Of a stretch of 64,000 nucleotides of DNA, positions 51,567 to 61,333 are shown in pieces. A model generated the notes under the pieces. It saw nothing but the letters and a program-made list of their open reading frames with translations, was not told where the DNA came from and did not search any database. Numbering within the stretch: position 1 is the stretch's first letter; each line of letters starts with the position of its first letter. Location: contig OY969804.1 of assembly GCA_963703275.1 (NCBI GenBank), positions 1,171,154 through 1,235,153 of the forward strand, written 5' to 3'. Position numbers and translations under genes: made by a program. Origin of the DNA: an uncultured Actinomycetes bacterium. Lineage in GTDB: Bacteria > Actinomycetota > Thermoleophilia > Gaiellales > JAICJC01.

Positions 51567-53000
51567 ATGAAGCTCTCGACGCTGATCGAGGCCGTCGGGC
51601 CGCGCGCAGTGCACGGGCGGGGAGAGGCCGACATCACCGCCGTGACCTACCGGGCCGAGTCCGCCCGGCCCGGCGCCCTGCACGTGTGCGTGCCCGGGTT
51701 CGTGGCCGATGGGCACGACTTCGCCGCGGTCGCTGTCGGAAACGGGGCCGCTGCGCTGATCGTCGAGCGGGTGCTCGCCGTCGACGTCCCCCAGCTCGTG
51801 GTCGAGTCGTCCCGGCACGCGATGGCCACGGCGGCGGCGGCGTTCTACGGGCATCCCAGCGCCGAGCTCGACGTCGTCGGCGTGACCGGGACCAACGGCA
51901 AGACCACCACGGTCTTTCTCGTCCACGCGATCCTCGAGGCGGCCCTCGGCTCGGCCGGGATGCTGGGAACGATCGAGTCGCGGGTGGGGGGCGTGGTCGA
52001 GCCGGTGGCGCGCACGACGCCCGAGAGCGTCGACCTGCAGGCGACGTTGCGGCGGATGGTCACGGCCGGCGACCGCGCCTGCGCGATGGAGGTCTCGTCA
52101 CATGCGCTCGAGCTCGAGCGCGTGAGCGGTGTCCGCTTCGCGGCCGCGGGGTTCACCAACCTGACGCAGGACCACCTCGACTTCCATCCCGACATGGAGC
52201 ACTACTTCGCCGCGAAGGCGCGGCTCTTTCGCGCCGCCCCCGGCGCCATCAACATCGACGACCCGTACGGGCGCCGCCTGGCCGGGATTGCCGCCGGCCC
52301 GGTGCTCACGTACGGGCGCGCGGACGCGGCGGACGTCCGTCCCCACGCGGTCGAGATCGGCCCCGGCGGGACGATCGGCCTGATCGTGTCGACGCCCCGC
52401 GGGCCGGTGCCCCTGGACGTGCGCCTGCGCGGCGGGTTCAACGTCTCGAACGTCCTGTGCGCGGTCGCTCTGGCCGAGCTCCTGGAGATTCCCCATGCGG
52501 CCGTGCGCGCCGGAATTGCGGCCGTGGACGGGGTGCCGGGGCGGTTCGAGCCGGTCGACGCGGGCCAGCCGTTCACCGTGCTGGTCGACTACGCCCACAC
52601 GCCCGACGGGCTCGAAAACGTGCTGCACTCGGCGCGCGAGATCACCTCCGGGCGGCTGATCTGCGTGTTCGGCTGCGGTGGCGACCGCGACCGCGGCAAG
52701 CGCCCGCAGATGGGCCGTGTTGTCAGGCGCCTGGCCGACATCGCCATCGTCACGTCGGACAATCCCCGCAGCGAGGATCCCGAGGCCATCATCGCCGAGA
52801 TCATGGCCGGAGTTGCCATGGACGCCGAGCCCGACCGGCGGGCTGCGATCGAGCGCGCGGTCGCGCTGGCCAGGCCGGGGGATGTGGTCGTGATTGCCGG
52901 CAAGGGGCACGAGCAGGGCCAGCAGTTCGCCGACCGCACGCTGCCGTTTGACGACCGCACGGCCGCGCGCGAGGCACTGGCCGGGCTGCCGGCGGCATGA
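51567..53000 (+). CDS. murE: UDP-MurNAc-L-Ala-D-Glu:meso-DAP ligase
   Basis: GVTGTNGKTT, DYAHTPD, GCGGDRDRGKRP, and TSDNPRSEDP. Confidence 0.9.
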   Translation: MKLSTLIEAVGPRAVHGRGEADITAVTYRAESARPGALHVCVPGFVADGHDFAAVAVGNGAAALIVERVLAVDVPQLVVESSRHAMATAAAAFYGHPSAELDVVGVTGTNGKTTTVFLVHAILEAALGSAGMLGTIESRVGGVVEPVARTTPESVDLQATLRRMVTAGDRACAMEVSSHALELERVSGVRFAAAGFTNLTQDHLDFHPDMEHYFAAKARLFRAAPGAINIDDPYGRRLAGIAAGPVLTYGRADAADVRPHAVEIGPGGTIGLIVSTPRGPVPLDVRLRGGFNVSNVLCAVALAELLEIPHAAVRAGIAAVDGVPGRFEPVDAGQPFTVLVDYAHTPDGLENVLHSAREITSGRLICVFGCGGDRDRGKRPQMGRVVRRLADIAIVTSDNPRSEDPEAIIAEIMAGVAMDAEPDRRAAIERAVALARPGDVVVIAGKGHEQGQQFADRTLPFDDRTAAREALAGLPAA

Positions 53001-54316
53001 TCGCGCTCACGGCGCCCGAGATCGCGGCCCTGTGCGGTGGCCGCACGTCTTCCGAGGCGACGCTCACCGGCGTTCAGATCGACTCGCGCACCGTCGGGCC
53101 GGGCGACCTGTTCGTCGCGCTCCCCGGGGCGCGCACCGACGGCGCCCGCTTTGTCGACGACGCACTGCGCGCGGGCGCCGCGGCCGTGCTCGTGGGGGGC
53201 GCGCCCGGCGACCCGGCGCCCAACGCGCGCAGCATCGTCGTCCCCGACCCGCTGATCGCCCTCGGCCAGATCGCCGCCGAGGTGCGGCGGCGCTCGGGTG
53301 CGCAGATCGTCGGGGTGACCGGATCGACCGGGAAGACGTCGACCAAGGACATCCTCGGCGCGATCCTGCGGCGGCGGCTGCGGACGGTCGCGAGCCACGC
53401 GAACTTCAACACCGAGATCGGCGTGCCGCTGACGCTGTGCCGGGTCGAGCCCGACACCGAGGCGGTGGTGTGCGAGCTCGCCATGCGCGGCCTCGGCCAG
53501 ATCGCGTACCTGGCCGAGATCGCGCGCCCGAACGTCGCCGTCATCACGTCGATCGGCCCGGTGCACCTGGAGTTCGTCGGGACGCTCGCGGGCGTGGCCG
53601 AGGCCAAGGCCGAGATCCTCCAGCCGCTCGGCCCGGACGAGACCGCGATCGTGCCCCACGCCGAGCCCCTGCTCGAGCCCTACCTCGAGATGACGCGCGC
53701 GCGTGTGATCACGTTCGGCGAGCAGCCCGGAGCGGACGTGTGCCTGGCCGGCATCGCCGCGGGCAGGGCGGAGATCGCGCTTCGCGGTCGAACCATCACG
53801 GTGCCGGTGAACTTCGACCAGCACCACAACGGCCTCAACCTGGCCGCCGCGGTCGCGGCGTGCGTCGGCATGGGGCTCGATCCCGGGGACGAGGACATGC
53901 TGGCCGGTGCGGGCGAGGTCGAATTCTCGCGCTGGCGGGGCGAGCGGCTCGAACTGGCGGGGGGCGGATTCGTCATCGCCGACTGCTACAACGCCAACCC
54001 CGTCTCGATGGTGGCGGCGTTGCGACATCTGGTCGCCGCCGCCGGCGGCCGCCGCACCGTCGCCGTGCTCGGCGAGATGGCCGAGCTCGGGCCCGCCGGC
54101 CCCGGCCTGCATGCCGAGGTGGGCCGCGAGGCCGAGCAGCTGGGCGTGGCCGTCGTGGCCGTCGGGCCGCTCAGCCGCGGCTACGGCGGCAGCTGGTTTG
54201 CCGACTCGGGCGCGGTCGTCGCCGGGCTCGCCGACGTGCTTCGGCCCGGCGACGCCGTCCTGGTCAAGGCCAGCCGCTCGGCCGGGCTCGAGGCGGTCGT
54301 GGAGGCGCTTCAGTGA
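52997..54316 (+). CDS. murF: UDP-MurNAc-tripeptide:D-Ala-D-Ala ligase
   Basis: GVTGSTGKTSTKD and DCYNANP. ATGA overlap with murE. Confidence 0.9.
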   Translation: MIALTAPEIAALCGGRTSSEATLTGVQIDSRTVGPGDLFVALPGARTDGARFVDDALRAGAAAVLVGGAPGDPAPNARSIVVPDPLIALGQIAAEVRRRSGAQIVGVTGSTGKTSTKDILGAILRRRLRTVASHANFNTEIGVPLTLCRVEPDTEAVVCELAMRGLGQIAYLAEIARPNVAVITSIGPVHLEFVGTLAGVAEAKAEILQPLGPDETAIVPHAEPLLEPYLEMTRARVITFGEQPGADVCLAGIAAGRAEIALRGRTITVPVNFDQHHNGLNLAAAVAACVGMGLDPGDEDMLAGAGEVEFSRWRGERLELAGGGFVIADCYNANPVSMVAALRHLVAAAGGRRTVAVLGEMAELGPAGPGLHAEVGREAEQLGVAVVAVGPLSRGYGGSWFADSGAVVAGLADVLRPGDAVLVKASRSAGLEAVVEALQ

Positions 54317-55347
54317 AGCTGGTGCTGGCCTCGGGCGTGGTGGCGATGCTGCTCGGGATCGTCTCGGGCCCGGCGCTGATCGCGTTCCTGCGCCGGCACG
54401 AGTTCGGGCAGCACATCCGCGAGGACGGCCCCGCCGGCCACCAGTCCAAGCAGGGCACGCCGACGATGGGCGGCGTCGGCCTGCTCGCGTGCGCGCTGTT
54501 CGCGTTCCTGATCTTCACCGAGCGCACCGGGCCGGGGCTGGCCGTCGCCGGCACCGCCCTGGCCTGTGCCGCAATCGGGTTCACCGACGACTACCTGAAG
54601 CAGCGCGCCGCGCGGTCGCTGGGCCTGCGCGGCCGCTGGAAGCTGCTCCTGCTGGCCGGGGTGGTTGCGGCGGTGGGACTGGTGGCGCACCGCGAGCACC
54701 TCACCACCGATGTGTACATCCCGATCCTGAACACCTACGTCGGCCTCGGGCCCGCCTACTACGTCTTCATCTTCCTCGTGGTCGCGGGCGCTGCCAATGC
54801 GGTCAACCTCACCGACGGCCTGGATGGGCTCGCAGCCGGCACGGTCACCATCGCGGCGCTCACCTACGCGGCCATGATGGTGGTCGCCTTCCTGGCGCAC
54901 AACGGTGTCTACCCCGGCCACACCCTGCACGGCGTCTACGTCGGCAATCCGCGCGCGCTCGACCTCGCCATCATCGCCGCCGCCCTCGCCGGGGGCTGTA
55001 TCGGCTTCCTCTGGTACAACGCCTATCCGGCGGACGTCTTCATGGGGGACACGGGCGCCTTCGGGCTGGGGGGCGGGCTGGCGGCGCTCGCGATCTTCAC
55101 CAAGACGGAGGCGCTGCTCGTGGTGGTCGGCGGCGTGTTCGTCATCGAGGCGCTCTCGGTCGCGATCCAGGTGGTCTCGTTCCGGGTGTTCGGCAAGCGG
55201 GTGCTCCTGATGGCGCCGCTCCACCATCACTTCGAGATGATGGAGTGGACCGAGAACAAGATCATCGTCCGCTTCTGGATCGCCGCGGCGATGTTCGGCG
55301 CCAGCGGGTTCGTCCTCTACTACCTCTTCTTCAGCAAGTACCGGTGA
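54313..55347 (+). CDS. mraY: Phospho-MurNAc-pentapeptide translocase
   Basis: KQGTPTMGG, NAVNLTDGLDGLA, GDTGAFGLGG, and APLHHHFE. GTGA overlap with murF. Confidence 0.9.
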   Translation: MKLVLASGVVAMLLGIVSGPALIAFLRRHEFGQHIREDGPAGHQSKQGTPTMGGVGLLACALFAFLIFTERTGPGLAVAGTALACAAIGFTDDYLKQRAARSLGLRGRWKLLLLAGVVAAVGLVAHREHLTTDVYIPILNTYVGLGPAYYVFIFLVVAGAANAVNLTDGLDGLAAGTVTIAALTYAAMMVVAFLAHNGVYPGHTLHGVYVGNPRALDLAIIAAALAGGCIGFLWYNAYPADVFMGDTGAFGLGGGLAALAIFTKTEALLVVVGGVFVIEALSVAIQVVSFRVFGKRVLLMAPLHHHFEMMEWTENKIIVRFWIAAAMFGASGFVLYYLFFSKYR

Positions 55348-56648
55348 GCGGGCGCTACCTGGTGGTGGGTCTGCGCCGGTCGGGGGTCGCGGCGTGCGAG
55401 GCGATCGCGCGCGTGTGGCCGGGCTCCGAGATCGTCGCGGCCGATGCGCGCACCGATGTCGACGTGACCGGCCTTGAGGCCCTGGGGATCGAGACGCACC
55501 TGGGCGGGAGCATCGTGCCCGTGGAAGGGCTGACGGCGCTGGTCAAGAGCCCCGGTGTGCCAGGGGAGGTGCCCCAGGTCGCGGCTGCGCGGGCGGCCGG
55601 GGTGCCGGTGTGGAGCGAGATCGAGCTGGCCGCGCGGATGCTGCCGAACCCCATCGCCGGCGTCACGGGCACCAACGGCAAGACCACCACGACCCATCTC
55701 GTCGGCGCGATGCTGCGCGCCGGCGGCCTTGCCTGCGAGGTTGCCGGGAACGTCGGCCGCCCGCTCTCGGAGCTCGCCGGCCGCATCGATGCCGACGTCT
55801 GGATCGCCTGCGAGCTCTCGAGCTTTCAGCTCGAGGACATCGACCGGCTCCGCTGCCGGGTGGCGGCGGTGCTGAACCTGACCCCCGACCATCTCGACCG
55901 GCACGGGGACATGGACACGTACGTCCGCAGCAAGCTGCGTATCCTCGAGAACCAGCGCGCCGGCGACATCGCCGTCCTGAACGGCGACGACCCCCTGCTG
56001 CGCCGGGCGTCCCTGCCCGGCGCCGGGGAGCGGGTGTGGTTCAGCGCTGCCGACCGCGCTTCGATCGACTGGGAGCACGCGCGCCTGCGCGGCGAGCACA
56101 ACCTCGAAAATGCGCTGGCGGCGGCCGCGGCCGCCAGGGCGGCCGGGGTGGGGGATGCGGCGATCGACGCCGCACTGCGCGCGTTTGACCCGCCGCCCCA
56201 CCGGCTCGAGCCGGTCGCCCGCGGGGGCGGCGTGGAGTGGGTGAACGACTCCAAGGCCACGAACCCGGATGCCACGATCAAGGCGCTCACCGCCTTCGAT
56301 TCGGGCGTGCACCTCATCCTCGGCGGCTCGCTCAAGGGCGGGTCGTTCGCTGCGCTGGCGCAGGCGGTGGCGTCGGGTCCCGTGGTGTGCGCCTACCTGA
56401 TCGGAGCGGCCGCCGATGCCCTGGCGGACGCGCTCGCCGCCGCCGGCGCCCCCCACCGCCGCTGCGGCACCCTCGAGGAGGCGGTGCGCGCGGGGGCCGC
56501 CGCCGCGGCCCCCGGCGACACCGTGCTCCTGTCGCCCGCCTGCGCCAGTTTCGACCAGTTCCGGGACTACGAGCACCGCGGCGACCGCTTCCGCGAGCTC
56601 GCCCGCACCGCCGCCCACCCGGGGACAGTCCCCGAACGCCGGGCGTAA
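55344..56648 (+). CDS. murD: UDP-MurNAc-L-Ala:D-Glu ligase
   Basis: GVTGTNGKTTTT, ELSSFQLE, NDSKATN, and SPACASFDQF. Confidence 0.9.
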   Translation: MSGRYLVVGLRRSGVAACEAIARVWPGSEIVAADARTDVDVTGLEALGIETHLGGSIVPVEGLTALVKSPGVPGEVPQVAAARAAGVPVWSEIELAARMLPNPIAGVTGTNGKTTTTHLVGAMLRAGGLACEVAGNVGRPLSELAGRIDADVWIACELSSFQLEDIDRLRCRVAAVLNLTPDHLDRHGDMDTYVRSKLRILENQRAGDIAVLNGDDPLLRRASLPGAGERVWFSAADRASIDWEHARLRGEHNLENALAAAAAARAAGVGDAAIDAALRAFDPPPHRLEPVARGGGVEWVNDSKATNPDATIKALTAFDSGVHLILGGSLKGGSFAALAQAVASGPVVCAYLIGAAADALADALAAAGAPHRRCGTLEEAVRAGAAAAAPGDTVLLSPACASFDQFRDYEHRGDRFRELARTAAHPGTVPERRA

Positions 56649-56734
56649 CAGAGATGTGACGGGTTTCGACCGGGGACTGTCCCCGCTTTTCGGGGGGAGG
56701 CTTCCGGCTCTCGGCGGCGAAATACCGGCCTGGG

Positions 56735-58078
56735 GTGATGGTGATTGGGGGAGCTGTGGCCGGACTGAGTGCGATCGACGAACGCGGGGGGCGGGAGCCT
56801 GCCCCGAAACCGCGGCCTCGCACCCGCCCGCGGCCGGCGGCCACCACGGCCCAGATCGAGTACCACCTGCTCCTCCTGCTGACGCTCGGCCTGGTCGCCT
56901 TCGGCCTCATCATGGTCTACAGCGCATCGAGCGGGGTCGCAGTCGTCGACGGCCAGAACCCGGTCTCGCCCCTGATCCGCGAGGCGATGTACGCGGTACT
57001 CGGCATCGCCTGCATGGCGGGCGCGGCCCGCTTCCCGTACCGCCGGTTGCGGCTCCTGGCACCGGTGCTGATGCTGCTGGCGCTGGCGGGCCTGCTGCTC
57101 GTCAAGGTGCCCGGCATCGGCGTGCGCATCAACGGAGCGCAGCGGTGGATCGTCGCCGGCCCGCTGACGCTGCAGCCCTCGGAGTTTGCGAAGCTCGCGA
57201 TGGTCGTCTTCTGCGCCGCGGTGCTGACGGCCCGCAAGCGCCCCCCGCGCTCGATCAAGGAGGTCGTGAACCCGGTGGGTGCGGTCGCGCTGATCGTCTG
57301 CGGACTGGTTGCGCTCGAGCCCGACTTGGGGACGACGATCGCCATCGCGATCATGGTGACCGGTGTCCTCATCGTCGCCGGCACGCCGTTTCGGCTCCTG
57401 GTGGGGACGGCGGCGATCGTGTCCACCGGCGCCGCGTTCGTCATCTCCCAGAACGCCTATATGCACGCCCGCCTGCTGGCGTTCCTGCATCCGTGGGCCG
57501 ATGCCGGCGGCAGCGGCTATCAGAACGTGCAGGCGCTCCTGTCGCTCGGCTCGGGCGGCATCTGGGGCAAGGGGCTGGGGCAGGGAACGGTCAAGATCAA
57601 CTACCTGCCCGAGGCGCCGAGCGACATGATCGCCGCCGTGATCGGCGAGGAGCTGGGGTTGATCGGCATCGTCGTGACCGTGCTCGCCTTCGCCGCCTTC
57701 GCCGTGCTGGGGTTCCGCGTGGCGATGCGCACCCGCGACCCCTTCGGCCGGTTTCTGGCCACCGGCATCACATGCCTGGTGACCGGGCAGGCGATCGTCA
57801 ATCTGGGGGCGGTGCTCGGGTTCCTCCCGCTCACGGGCGTCCCGCTGCCGCTGATAAGCTCAGGCGGATCGAGCCTGATCGTCTTTCTCACCTTGATCGG
57901 GACGCTTCTGAACGTCGCCGACGGCCAGCGGGCACTCGCTCGCAAGGTCGTGCCTGCCGATGACGCCACCCCCAGCCGCCCCCGATCCCGGCCGCAGCCC
58001 GCGGGTGCTGATCGCAGCCGGCGGAACCGCCGGACACGTGGTGCCGGCTCTGGCGGTGGCCGCCGAGCTCACGGCTAG
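56735..58078 (+). CDS. ftsW: SEDS-family peptidoglycan polymerase FtsW
   Basis: Ten-TM pattern with GAQRWI, QPSEFAKL, and PLPLISSGGSS. The exact start lies somewhere in 56735-56760. The Arg-rich tail overlaps murG. Confidence 0.85.
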   Translation: MMVIGGAVAGLSAIDERGGREPAPKPRPRTRPRPAATTAQIEYHLLLLLTLGLVAFGLIMVYSASSGVAVVDGQNPVSPLIREAMYAVLGIACMAGAARFPYRRLRLLAPVLMLLALAGLLLVKVPGIGVRINGAQRWIVAGPLTLQPSEFAKLAMVVFCAAVLTARKRPPRSIKEVVNPVGAVALIVCGLVALEPDLGTTIAIAIMVTGVLIVAGTPFRLLVGTAAIVSTGAAFVISQNAYMHARLLAFLHPWADAGGSGYQNVQALLSLGSGGIWGKGLGQGTVKINYLPEAPSDMIAAVIGEELGLIGIVVTVLAFAAFAVLGFRVAMRTRDPFGRFLATGITCLVTGQAIVNLGAVLGFLPLTGVPLPLISSGGSSLIVFLTLIGTLLNVADGQRALARKVVPADDATPSRPRSRPQPAGADRSRRNRRTRGAGSGGGRRAHG

Positions 58079-59057
58079 GGGCGCCCAGGTGACCTTCGCC
58101 GGAACGGCCGACCGGATCGAGGCGCGACTGGTTCCGGCGGCCGGCTACCCGCTGCACACCTACCACGTCTCCGGCCTCCCGCGGCGCCCATCGCTGGCGC
58201 TGGTGCGCAGCCTTGGGATGGCCGCCGTCGCGCCGGCGGAGTGCGTGCGGATCCTGCGCCGGGTGCGGCCCGACGTGGTCTTCGGCGGAGGCGGGTACGT
58301 GGCGGGACCGATGGTGGCAGCGGCCGCAGCGCTGCGGATCCCCTCCGGCGTGATGGAGATGGACGCGCACCTCGGCCTTGCGAACCGGCTGGCCGCGCCG
58401 TTGGCGCACCGGGTGTTCCTGTCGTTCCCGATCGCCGGCCTCGTGCCGCCGCGCTACCAGGTCACCGGGCGGCCCGTACCGCGGGCGGTGCTGGATGCGA
58501 CCCGGGAAGGGGGGCGGCGCGAGTTCGACCTCCCGCCCGGCCGGCCGGTCGTGCTCGTGTTCGGCGGCAGCCTCGGCGCCACCACCCTGAACCGGGCGGC
58601 CACCGCCGCCTGGGCGGCCGACGACCCTGGGTTCACCGTCGTCCACATCACCGGCGAGCGCGAGTTCGCCCTCGCCGCCCCCCGGGCGGCTCCCCACTAC
58701 CGCGTGCTGCCCTACACGTCCTCGCTGGGACCGCTCCTGGCCGCGGCCGACCTGGTCGTGGCCCGCGCCGGCGGGTCGGTGTTCGAGATCGCCGCGGTGG
58801 GCAGGCCGTGCATCCTGGTGCCGTCCCCCAACGTCACGGCCGACCACCAATCCCAGAACGCCGCCCACATGGCCGACGGCGGGGCCGCCATCGTGATCGC
58901 CGACTCAGAGCTCACCGCCGTCCGCCTCTCGGGCGAGGTGGACGCCCTGCTGGCACAGCCCGAACGGCTCCTGGGAATGTCCGACGCCGCCCGCCGGCTG
59001 GCCCGGCCCGACGCGGCCGAGCGGATTGCAACCGAGCTTCTGGCGATGGCGCGATGA
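57960..59057 (+). CDS. murG: UDP-GlcNAc:lipid I N-acetylglucosaminyltransferase
   Basis: VLIAAGGTAGHVVPALAVA and VFGGSLGA. An alternative GTG start lies at 58005. Confidence 0.85.
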   Translation: MTPPPAAPDPGRSPRVLIAAGGTAGHVVPALAVAAELTARGAQVTFAGTADRIEARLVPAAGYPLHTYHVSGLPRRPSLALVRSLGMAAVAPAECVRILRRVRPDVVFGGGGYVAGPMVAAAAALRIPSGVMEMDAHLGLANRLAAPLAHRVFLSFPIAGLVPPRYQVTGRPVPRAVLDATREGGRREFDLPPGRPVVLVFGGSLGATTLNRAATAAWAADDPGFTVVHITGEREFALAAPRAAPHYRVLPYTSSLGPLLAAADLVVARAGGSVFEIAAVGRPCILVPSPNVTADHQSQNAAHMADGGAAIVIADSELTAVRLSGEVDALLAQPERLLGMSDAARRLARPDAAERIATELLAMAR

Positions 59058-60400
59058 CGCTTCGCGACCGCAGCCTGCACATGCTCGGCATCGGCGGCGC
59101 CGGCATGTCCGCCCTGGCGATCGTCGCATACGCGTGGGGGGCGGACGTCTCGGGCTGCGACCGAGCCGACTCGGAGTACTCGCAGCGGCTGCGGCGGTTC
59201 GGGATCGAGGTCGCCGAGGGCCACGACCGAGCCCACCTCGCTCCGGGCATGGAGGTGGTCGTGTCGTCTGCGGTGCCCGACGAGCTGGACGAGCTCGCCG
59301 CGGCATCGGAGCTCGGTCTGCGGGTACTGGGCCGCGGCGAGCTGCTGGCGGAGCTGGTGGGGCTGCGGCCGTCGATCTGCGTCGCCGGAGCCCACGGCAA
59401 GACGACGACCACCGCCATGATCGCCTACGCCGCCCAGCAGATCGGAGTCGACCCGACGTGGCTCGTCGGCGGCGATGTCCCCCAGCTGGGCGGAAACGCC
59501 GGCCCGGGGCGGGGCGACCTCCTGGTGGCGGAGGCGGACGAGTCGGACGGGAGCTGCGCGCTCCTGCGCCCGTGGGTCGCCGTGGTCACCAACGTCGACC
59601 TCGACCATCACGCCCGGTTCGCCTCGCTGGCCGACGTCGAGCTCCTCTTCGCGGACTGGGTCTCGCATGTCCCGGCCGACGGTGCCGTGGCGCTCGGCGA
59701 CGGCGTTCGCCTGCCCGCCGGCGCGGCTCCCGTGACGCGGTTCGGCTTCGATCCCGGCAGCGACTGGCACATCACCGGCTTCCGCGGCGGGCCGGAGGGC
59801 TCGCGGTTCTGGCTGTCCGTTCCCGGCCAGGCTCCGCTCGACGTCGGCCTGAAGGTGCCCGGCGCCCACAACGCCCGGAATGCGGCCGGCGCGCTGGCCG
59901 CGCTCGCGGCGTCCGGAGCCAATCCGGCCGATGCCGCGGCGGCGCTGGCCGAGTTCACCGGTGTCGGGCGCCGGTTCGAGCTGCGTGGCTCGGTCGCAGG
60001 GGCGACGATCGTCGACGACTACGCCCACAACCCGGCCAAGGTCGCCGCGGTCATCGACGCCGCCCGCACCTACGCGCCCGCCCGTGTCGTCGTGTGCTTC
60101 CAGCCCCACCTGTACTCGCGCACCGCCGCCTCCGCGCACGCGTTCGGTGACGCACTCGCGGAGGCGGACGAGGTGGTGGTCACCGAGATCTACGCGGCCC
60201 GTGAGCGCCCCGTCGCCGGCGTCACCGGCAAGCTCGTGGTCGACGCCGTGTCCGAGCGGCGGCCGGGCATGCCGCTGGCGTATATGCCGGAGCTCGAGGA
60301 TGCGGCCGGCTACCTGCGCGGCCGCGTGCGCGAGGGCGACCTGGTGCTGACGGTCGGCGCCGGCGATGTGCGCCGGGTCGGCGACGCCCTCCTGCGATGA
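59054..60400 (+). CDS. murC: UDP-MurNAc:L-Ala ligase
   Basis: HMLGIGGAGMSALA, AGAHGKTTTT, EADESDGS, and DDYAHNP. Confidence 0.9.
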   Translation: MTLRDRSLHMLGIGGAGMSALAIVAYAWGADVSGCDRADSEYSQRLRRFGIEVAEGHDRAHLAPGMEVVVSSAVPDELDELAAASELGLRVLGRGELLAELVGLRPSICVAGAHGKTTTTAMIAYAAQQIGVDPTWLVGGDVPQLGGNAGPGRGDLLVAEADESDGSCALLRPWVAVVTNVDLDHHARFASLADVELLFADWVSHVPADGAVALGDGVRLPAGAAPVTRFGFDPGSDWHITGFRGGPEGSRFWLSVPGQAPLDVGLKVPGAHNARNAAGALAALAASGANPADAAAALAEFTGVGRRFELRGSVAGATIVDDYAHNPAKVAAVIDAARTYAPARVVVCFQPHLYSRTAASAHAFGDALAEADEVVVTEIYAARERPVAGVTGKLVVDAVSERRPGMPLAYMPELEDAAGYLRGRVREGDLVLTVGAGDVRRVGDALLR

Positions 60401-61293
60401 GCGGCGTGCCGGCCTGCGTCCAAGCCGACCACCCCGTGTCGCGGCTGACCACCGTCGGAACCGGCGGCCCGGCGCGGTGGTTCGCCCGCCCCGAGAACCG
60501 CGGCCAGCTGGACGAGGTGCTGCAGTGGGCGGAAGCGGGCGGGTTCGAGATCGCCGTCGTCGGGCTCGGGTCGAACCTGCTCGTGGCCGACGAGGGCTAC
60601 GACGGCGTCGTGCTGCGGCTGGCGGGTGAGCTGGCCCGGATCGCCCGCGACGGCGAGCGGATCGTGTGTGGCGGAGGCGCAACCCTGGCGGCCGTCGTGA
60701 AGCGGGCGACGGGGTGGGGCCTGTCCGGGATCGAGTTCGGCTGCGCCATCCCCGGCACGGCCGGAGGCGCCGTGCGCATGAACGCCGGCGCATACGGCGG
60801 TGAGTTGCGCGACGTGCTCGAGGGTGCGGTCGTCGTGGGTGCTTCCGGCGAGCGGCGCGGCGGGCCAGCGTTGCTCGAGCTCCACTACCGGCACTCGAAC
60901 GTGGCCGCGGGCGAGGTGGTGGCCGAGGCGGTGCTGCGGCTGCGGCGCGAGGACCCCGCCCGGATCCGTGCCACCGTCGCCGACCTGCAGCGCCGCCGCC
61001 GCGAGGCGCAGCCCGCGAAGGTGCGCACGTTCGGGTCGGTGTGGAAGAACCCCGACGGCGACATCTCGGCCGGGCGGATGCTCGAGGAGAGCGGCCTGAA
61101 GGGGTTTGCCGTCGGCGGCGCCCGCATCTCGCCGGTGCATGCCAACTTCATCGAGAACATGGGCGGGGCCCGGTCGGCGGATGTGGTCGCGCTCATGGTC
61201 GAGGCCCGCCGGCGCGTGCAGGACCGGTTCGGCGTCCACCTGGAGCACGAGGTGCAGATGCTCGGGCCGATTGCGCTTCCGCCCATGGGCTGA
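60397..61293 (+). CDS. murB: UDP-N-acetylenolpyruvoylglucosamine reductase
   Basis: LGSNLLV, PGTAGGAVRMNAGAYG, FGSVWKNP, and HANFIEN. Confidence 0.9.
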   Translation: MSGVPACVQADHPVSRLTTVGTGGPARWFARPENRGQLDEVLQWAEAGGFEIAVVGLGSNLLVADEGYDGVVLRLAGELARIARDGERIVCGGGATLAAVVKRATGWGLSGIEFGCAIPGTAGGAVRMNAGAYGGELRDVLEGAVVVGASGERRGGPALLELHYRHSNVAAGEVVAEAVLRLRREDPARIRATVADLQRRRREAQPAKVRTFGSVWKNPDGDISAGRMLEESGLKGFAVGGARISPVHANFIENMGGARSADVVALMVEARRRVQDRFGVHLEHEVQMLGPIALPPMG

Positions 61294-61333
61294 CCGGGCA
61301 GGATCCGCGCGCGCCCCGGCGAACTGGGTGGAC

